A stretch of DNA of 64,000 bases from an uncultured Clostridia bacterium (GTDB lineage: Bacteria > Bacillota > Clostridia > TANB77 > CAG-465), in NCBI GenBank assembly GCA_944386605.1, contig CALXBS010000001.1, forward strand, positions 29,718 to 93,717, in the 5' to 3' direction. Each line of letters starts with the position of its first letter. The stretch's first letter is position 1. Made by a program: the position numbers and the translations under genes. A model generated the notes under the pieces. It searched no databases. It was not told where the DNA came from and worked only from the letters and a program-made list of their open reading frames with translations. Shown here piece after piece: positions 62,110 through 64,000 of this stretch.

Positions 62110-62847
62110 ATGATTCATGTACCAACAACCCATAATGAGGCTAAAAAAGGTGATATTGCAAAAACCGTTTTAATGCCTGGTGATCCTTTAAGAGCAAAAT
62201 ACATAGCAGAAAAGTATTTAAAAGATTTTGTTTGTTATAATCAGGTTCGAGGAATGCTTGGCTATACAGGATATTACAAAGGAAAAAGAATTTCTGTACA
62301 AGGAAGTGGTATGGGAATTCCTTCTATGGCGATTTATTCTAAGGAGTTATTTGAGGGATATGACGTAGATAACATCATTAGAATTGGAAGCGCTGGAACA
62401 TTAGCAAATCCAAAAGCTAGTAAAGAGGCAAATCAAAGTAGCTTAGGGGATATCGTGGTTGCCAAAGATGTTTATACGGATTCGAATTATGGTGTAGAAA
62501 ATCATTTAGAAGAAATATATCCTGTTGTTTCTAGTACATTACTAGAGAAATTATTAAAAATAACAGACAAAGTAAAAATAGGTACCATTTTTACCAGTGA
62601 TACTTTTTATAAATCAACACAAGATTTAGTAGAAACTTCTAAATTAGATATTTTAGGGGTGGAAATGGAAACATATGCTTTATATCTAAATGCACTTGTT
62701 GCAAATAAAAAAGCATTGGCTTTATTTACAATTACAGATAATCCAATTACTAATTTAGCCGTATCTTCAGAACAAAGAGAAACAGGCTTAGATGATATGA
62801 TAAAAATTGCTTTAGAACTAGCTATTCAGTGTGAGGAAGAGAAGTAA
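62110..62847 (+). CDS. deoD: purine nucleoside phosphorylase, DeoD type
   Basis: LMPGDPLRAKYIAEKYL, YTGYYKGKRISVQGSGMGIPS, IIRIGSAG, GVEMET. Confidence 0.85.
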   Translation: MIHVPTTHNEAKKGDIAKTVLMPGDPLRAKYIAEKYLKDFVCYNQVRGMLGYTGYYKGKRISVQGSGMGIPSMAIYSKELFEGYDVDNIIRIGSAGTLANPKASKEANQSSLGDIVVAKDVYTDSNYGVENHLEEIYPVVSSTLLEKLLKITDKVKIGTIFTSDTFYKSTQDLVETSKLDILGVEMETYALYLNALVANKKALALFTITDNPITNLAVSSEQRETGLDDMIKIALELAIQCEEEK

Positions 62848-62848
62848 T

Positions 62849-63643
62849 ATGCAAGACATTATATTAAATAAAAAACCAAAGTATCATTTTGTACTAAATA
62901 ATTTTGAAGGACCATTAGATTTATTGTTGTTTTTAATTTCTAAAAATAAGATGAATATATTTGATATTTCCATTAGCGATCTTACGGATGAATATATAGC
63001 CTATATTACAGAATTAAACGAAAGTAATGTAGAAGTAGCTTCTGAATTTATTTTAATGGCAAGCACGTTATTAGATATTAAGGCAAGAAAATTATTACCA
63101 GAATTAGAACCAAAAGAAGAGGAAGAAGTCGTAACTGAAGAAGAAATTATTCAAAAAATTATGATGTATAAAAAGTATAAAGAAATTGCAAGTACTATTT
63201 ATGAGTTATATACAGATCATTTTGGTTCGTTTTCAAAAGATATGGAAAAAATTCAGTTTCGTAAGAAATTAGAATATCAAGGAGAACATTTTTCTCCTCA
63301 AGATATTTTTGAAAATTATTCTAATGTATTATTTAGAAATAGAAATAAAATCAATAAAAAAGCAGAAGAAATTAATAAGCTTGCTGTTTATGAGAAATAT
63401 ACTGTACAAGATAAAGTAAAGCAAATCGTAGATTATTTAAATGAGAATCAAAACATGGTATTTAATTCCATGTTTAATAGTGATATTTGCGATAATGTAG
63501 AAGTGGTAACCGCTTTTTTAGGAGTATTAGAGCTTAGTAAATTAAAACAAGTTGATATAGAACAAGAATATCTTTTTTCAGATATTCATGTTAGTAAATA
63601 TTCAGATACCATTAAAGTGGATTTAAAAAATATCATGGAATAA
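62849..63643 (+). CDS. scpA: segregation and condensation protein A
   Basis: FEGPLDLLLFLISKNKMNIFDISISDLTDEY...ASEFILMASTLLDIKARKLLP. ATG 62849 follows GAGGAAGAGAAG. Confidence 0.85.
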   Translation: MQDIILNKKPKYHFVLNNFEGPLDLLLFLISKNKMNIFDISISDLTDEYIAYITELNESNVEVASEFILMASTLLDIKARKLLPELEPKEEEEVVTEEEIIQKIMMYKKYKEIASTIYELYTDHFGSFSKDMEKIQFRKKLEYQGEHFSPQDIFENYSNVLFRNRNKINKKAEEINKLAVYEKYTVQDKVKQIVDYLNENQNMVFNSMFNSDICDNVEVVTAFLGVLELSKLKQVDIEQEYLFSDIHVSKYSDTIKVDLKNIME

Positions 63644-63675
63644 GCCCCGACTTTGTAGGTCGGGGCCTTTTCTCT
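63644..63675. terminator. GC-rich bidirectional terminator
   Basis: GCCCCGACtttgtagGTCGGGGC followed by CTTTTCTCTTT. The stem is far more GC-rich than any other terminator in the window. Confidence 0.8.
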
Positions 63676-63981
63676 TTAAGCGTAATATGGTTTCTGAGAT
63701 AATGCCATTAAATCTGCAATACTTGCTGCAGAAGTAATCGTCTCAAAATCAACTTCGACACCATTGAAATAAAATCGCGGGATATTTACCGCAAAGAAAA
63801 TGTTTCCCTGTTTTCCGGTTACCTGGTAAAGAATGTCTCTATTGTTTGTGACTCCTTTGATCAGGAACCGGGTAAAATGCATCTGGCCGTTTTGTACGGG
63901 TACCATCTCCTGTAAGCGTCTGTTAAAGCTCATAATGTCTCTTCTTTGCTCTCTGATAGTAGCAAATGTGTTCAGTTCCAT
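63676..63981 (-). CDS. hypothetical protein (101 aa) in a compositionally distinct segment
   Basis: AGGAGG RBS (complement of 63990-63995). MELNTFATIREQRRDIMSFNRRLQEMVPVQNGQMHF...; family not recognised. Codon composition is visibly richer in G+C than in neighbouring genes. Confidence 0.6.
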   Translation of the reverse strand: MELNTFATIREQRRDIMSFNRRLQEMVPVQNGQMHFTRFLIKGVTNNRDILYQVTGKQGNIFFAVNIPRFYFNGVEVDFETITSAASIADLMALSQKPYYA

Positions 63982-64000
63982 AGTTAAGAACCTCCTTTAA

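Overview
Very AT-rich chromosomal segment from a low-GC, endospore-forming Firmicute (Clostridia-like). Sporulation markers are spoIIAA/spoIIAB, spoIIM, yunB, a DUF3794/LysM coat-type protein, veg and a Ctp protease. Most of the window is housekeeping: polC, a short hpf, an ABC-2 transporter, tsaC, adk-map-infA-rpmJ-rpsM-rpsK-rpsD-rpoA-rplQ, tmcAL, rnhA, xerD, murT/gatD, hslO, rluD/rluB-type synthases, rpsU, rplM-rpsI, recA-recX, deoD and scpA. Two accessory blocks stand out. (1) An ~18 kb locus (9.6-27.6 kb) holds three tandem paralogous LPVTG-anchored giant surface proteins. Each has an N-terminal thioester (TQXA) domain on a stalk of 10, 15 or 22 isopeptide-type Ig-like domains. An ECF-type sigma/anti-sigma pair is nested between paralogs 1 and 2. 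That pair is bracketed by a 1,452-bp direct repeat that I read as identical in both copies. (2) A TetR-gated operon (42.8-47.4 kb) encodes a His-rich 6-TM protein and two N-terminally membrane-anchored flavodoxin-like proteins. One of these is a fusion of an FGE-sulfatase-like domain (lacking the FGE cysteines), a flavodoxin domain and a cyclophilin-like domain. Small ABM and CMD redox enzymes complete the operon. I rate this the best candidate for an undescribed (extracytoplasmic redox) system, but that is inference only. Other notable points: murT is frameshifted; spoIIAA-spoIIAB ends at a terminator with no sigF; there is a tandem-HD (p)ppGpp-hydrolase-like protein whose second domain is degenerate; an HD + degenerate EAL protein lies upstream of recA; three MGMT genes sit in a row with tag; a 430-bp ORF-free stretch carries a repeated 17-mer and its own terminator; and composition shifts at the right edge where scpB would be expected. 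I saw no rRNA, tRNA, CRISPR array, transposase or phage genes. Two small ribosomal protein genes missing from the ORF track (rpmJ, rpsU) were found by reading the sequence. All family assignments come from motif recognition by eye; no searches were run.
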